Shown: positions 61,590 to 64,000 of the stretch, piece by piece
Layout of the letters: each line of letters starts with the position of its first letter
Position numbering within the stretch: the stretch's first letter is position 1
Origin: Glaucostegus cemiculus
Taxonomy: Eukaryota
Length of the DNA stretch: 64,000 bases
NCBI GenBank assembly: GCA_976551045.1
Contig: CDPCPM010000020.1
Span: 1,984,001 to 2,048,000, forward strand
Reading direction: 5' to 3'
The notes under the pieces: model-generated
Database searches by the model: none
The model's input: only the letters and a program-made list of their open reading frames with translations
Told to the model about the DNA's origin: nothing
Position numbers and translations under genes: made by a program

Positions 61590-63600
61590 TATGCCTTATT
61601 AGAGCCCAAATAGCAGCCTGAGTGCAAAGACAGAAGACGTGTAGAGTTGTATAAGAATACTTCATCTGTCTTCAGAGAAGTGGGGTATGATATATGTATT
61701 GACATTGTGAAGTATCGTGAGGACATATTAAAGCAGTCTGGCATCTTTAAAATAGATAAATTGCTTGGTCTGGATTAAATATATTCCAAGCCCTCAAAAG
61801 AAACAGGAGAGGATATAGTGCAGGCTCTGACTATAATTTTCTTGTGCTCTTTGTCTGCACATGTGGTGATGGAGGACTGGAAGGTTGCTCTCTGGTACTG
61901 TTTTTCTTAAATGAGGAGAAAAAGATAGACAGAGATCCACACGTCAGTTGCTTTGACTGGCAAGGGGCAGGTTGTTGGAAATTTTGGAGAGGCACCAAGT
62001 TACTCAAGGACACTTAGCATGTATTTGTTAAAGGAAGCTTTGTGTCTGACAACCTTAATTACATTTTTTTTAGGAGATTCCTGCTGATGAGGGCAGAGCA
62101 TTTGATGCAATATAAATGGATTTTGGAAAGGTGTTTGATTAAAGTCTCACAGAGCAGATCGATCAAGAAAGTATATGCCGACAGAATCCAAGGTAAAGTG
62201 GCAATTGAATTAATAGTTTGCAATGTGGCAGAGGCTAATGTTTGACAGAACTTCAATGACTGGAGGGCAATATACGATCGGGTTCCATAGGGCTCAGTGC
62301 TTTGTTTTTTTCTGTGTGATGTATCAAACTTGGAGGCTTGAAGAGAGTAAACACTAAAAAGATGTGTTTCCCTTAGCGAGACCAATAATTTGGGGGCATA
62401 GGTTTAAGATAATTAATTGGTAGAAAGGTTAGAGGGGAATTAAGAACAAAAATCAAACATTGAATGGCGGTGGTCTGGAATTCATTGCCTGAAAGACCAT
62501 AAGAAATAGAAGAAGGAGAAGGTCATTCAGATCCTTGAGCCTGCTCCGCCATTTAATAAGATCATGAATAATCCATCTTTTGTCCAGTCCTCTTCTTTTA
62601 TCTATGCCCTCTGATCTGAGAGTCTCCCATGTGGGGTAAATTATTCCAACCTTCCTAAGAACCTTAGATACTTCAATAAGATTGCCTCTCATTCTTCTAA
62701 ACACCAATGAGTGGACCCAACCTGTTCAATCTTTCCCCATAAAGCAATCCCACTGCTCCCAGGATCATCCTGGTGGCGCTTCTTTGAACTGCCTCTAATG
62801 GTAATATATCTTATCTAAGGGGACCAGAACTGAACACTAATCTAGATATGGTTTCGCTGGTGCCTTCTACAGCTGTGGTTAGACTTCCTGACCTTTATAC
62901 TTCAAGCCCCTTGAAATACAAGCTAGCATTCCATCAACCTTCCTGATTACCTTCTGCATCTCTACACTGGCCTTCTGTGTTTCTTGTTCAAGGACCCTTA
63001 AATCCCTTTGTCCTGCAGGCATTCCCCATTTGAATAATGATCTGTTTAATTATTCTTCCTTTCAAAGTGAACAATTTTTACACTCCTCATATTATACTTA
63101 ATTTGGCATTCTTTTGCCTACTTTTTGTATCAATATCTTCTTGTAAACTCTGTATCTTCCTTGCAGCTTGTCTTTCCACACTCTTTATTATTTGCAAATT
63201 TACCCTTGGTGTATTTACTACTTTCCTCAAAGTTCTTTTCAGCATGGATGTGGGCTGAAGGGCCCATTTCTGTGCTGTATTCTTAATCATTAATATATGT
63301 TGTAAACAACTGTGTCATCACTGATCCCTGTGTCCCTCCAATAGTTCCAAATTCCCAACCTGAAAAATGACCCCTACCTGATGTAGATATATTACCTCCA
63401 ATACCATAAGCTCTTATCTGATTTTGTGTGGCACCTTGTTGATCTTTTGAAAATCCAAATATGTCTTAAGGGTGATAGAGGCAGAAAACCTCCAAACATT
63501 TAAAAGGTATCTGGATGGGCAAGACTGTGGACTGAAAGTTGGGAACTGATGTCCTAATGTCCTCCTTTGTATAGCAAGGACACAGTGAGCACAATGGGCT
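61590..63600. mobile_element. Cluster of decayed CR1 fragments (+ ~61590-62490; - ~62495-63460)
   Basis: tggaggactggaaggttgct, gtgtctgacaaccttaatt, reverse ORF RRMRGNLIEVSKVL. Confidence 0.75.
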
Positions 63601-64000
63601 CCTACACCTTAAATCTGAATGTTTATTTTGTACAATGGAGAAACTTCGATACTAAGCCCTTTTCTAGAGAATGCCAGAAAAGATCGAGGTCAAAAGATCT
63701 GCTAAACTAGAATGTGATAATTAGATCAGAAATTGAGGTAACAAGTTCTTTGATTTGGAGGCCCTGAGAAGAATTAATTAAAGAATAGTGCAATGAGTTT
63801 TGATTTCTCTCAGTGAGGATGTAGGAGTACTGTGTAGGAGTCTTGGAGAGGCAAGAGAAGTTGCTCAGAAGAGTACATCAATCTAAATTTTGACGTATAT
63901 TAAATAAAAGTCAATGAGTGTCAATTCTCTTAACCACCAAACAGTACGTGTTTTTTTGCATCATATTTAGAAAAGTGCCAGAAGAACAAGCTACTACTTT

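Noticed and set aside
58300-64000. rpl41, the human upstream neighbour of ZC3H10
   Set aside because: Scanned by eye for MRAKWRKKRMRR-type micro-exons on both strands and saw none. A spliced tblastn/exonerate search would be decisive.

Overview
Vertebrate genomic DNA, almost certainly an elasmobranch (shark/ray). The basis is its repeat content: CR1/L2/RTE/L1 LINE fragments, V-SINEs, Deu-domain SINEs, Penelope-like repeats and a solo LTR. A batoid is plausible but is inference. Three protein-coding genes are supported. These are the last exon of an aquaporin I read as aqp14 (+, 3628-3846), a complete 4-exon mip/aqp0 gene (+, 28302-37540, 263 aa) and the single coding exon of zc3h10 (-, 46924-48126), whose likely CpG promoter is near 58.4-59.4 kb. 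Most other ORF-track entries are noise or retroelement debris. The most interesting observations follow. (1) The Aqp0 carries AQP2-like residues (H177/C181, F23, T149, A235) and no His40. (2) In mip intron 1, a SINE's central core has been amplified into a ~15-unit, ~62-bp CpG-retaining tandem array with half-MARE-like motifs. (3) A second ~35-bp degenerate array abuts an orphan CpG patch with Sox/Maf/Oct/YY1 motifs. (4) mip intron 3 has a template-switch-like double fold-back. (5) Two overlapping micro-uORFs sit at the start of the zc3h10 coding exon. I found no CRISPR array, true tRNA/rRNA gene or prokaryote-type system. Family names come from recall, not database searches. Repeat boundaries are approximate unless a TSD is quoted.
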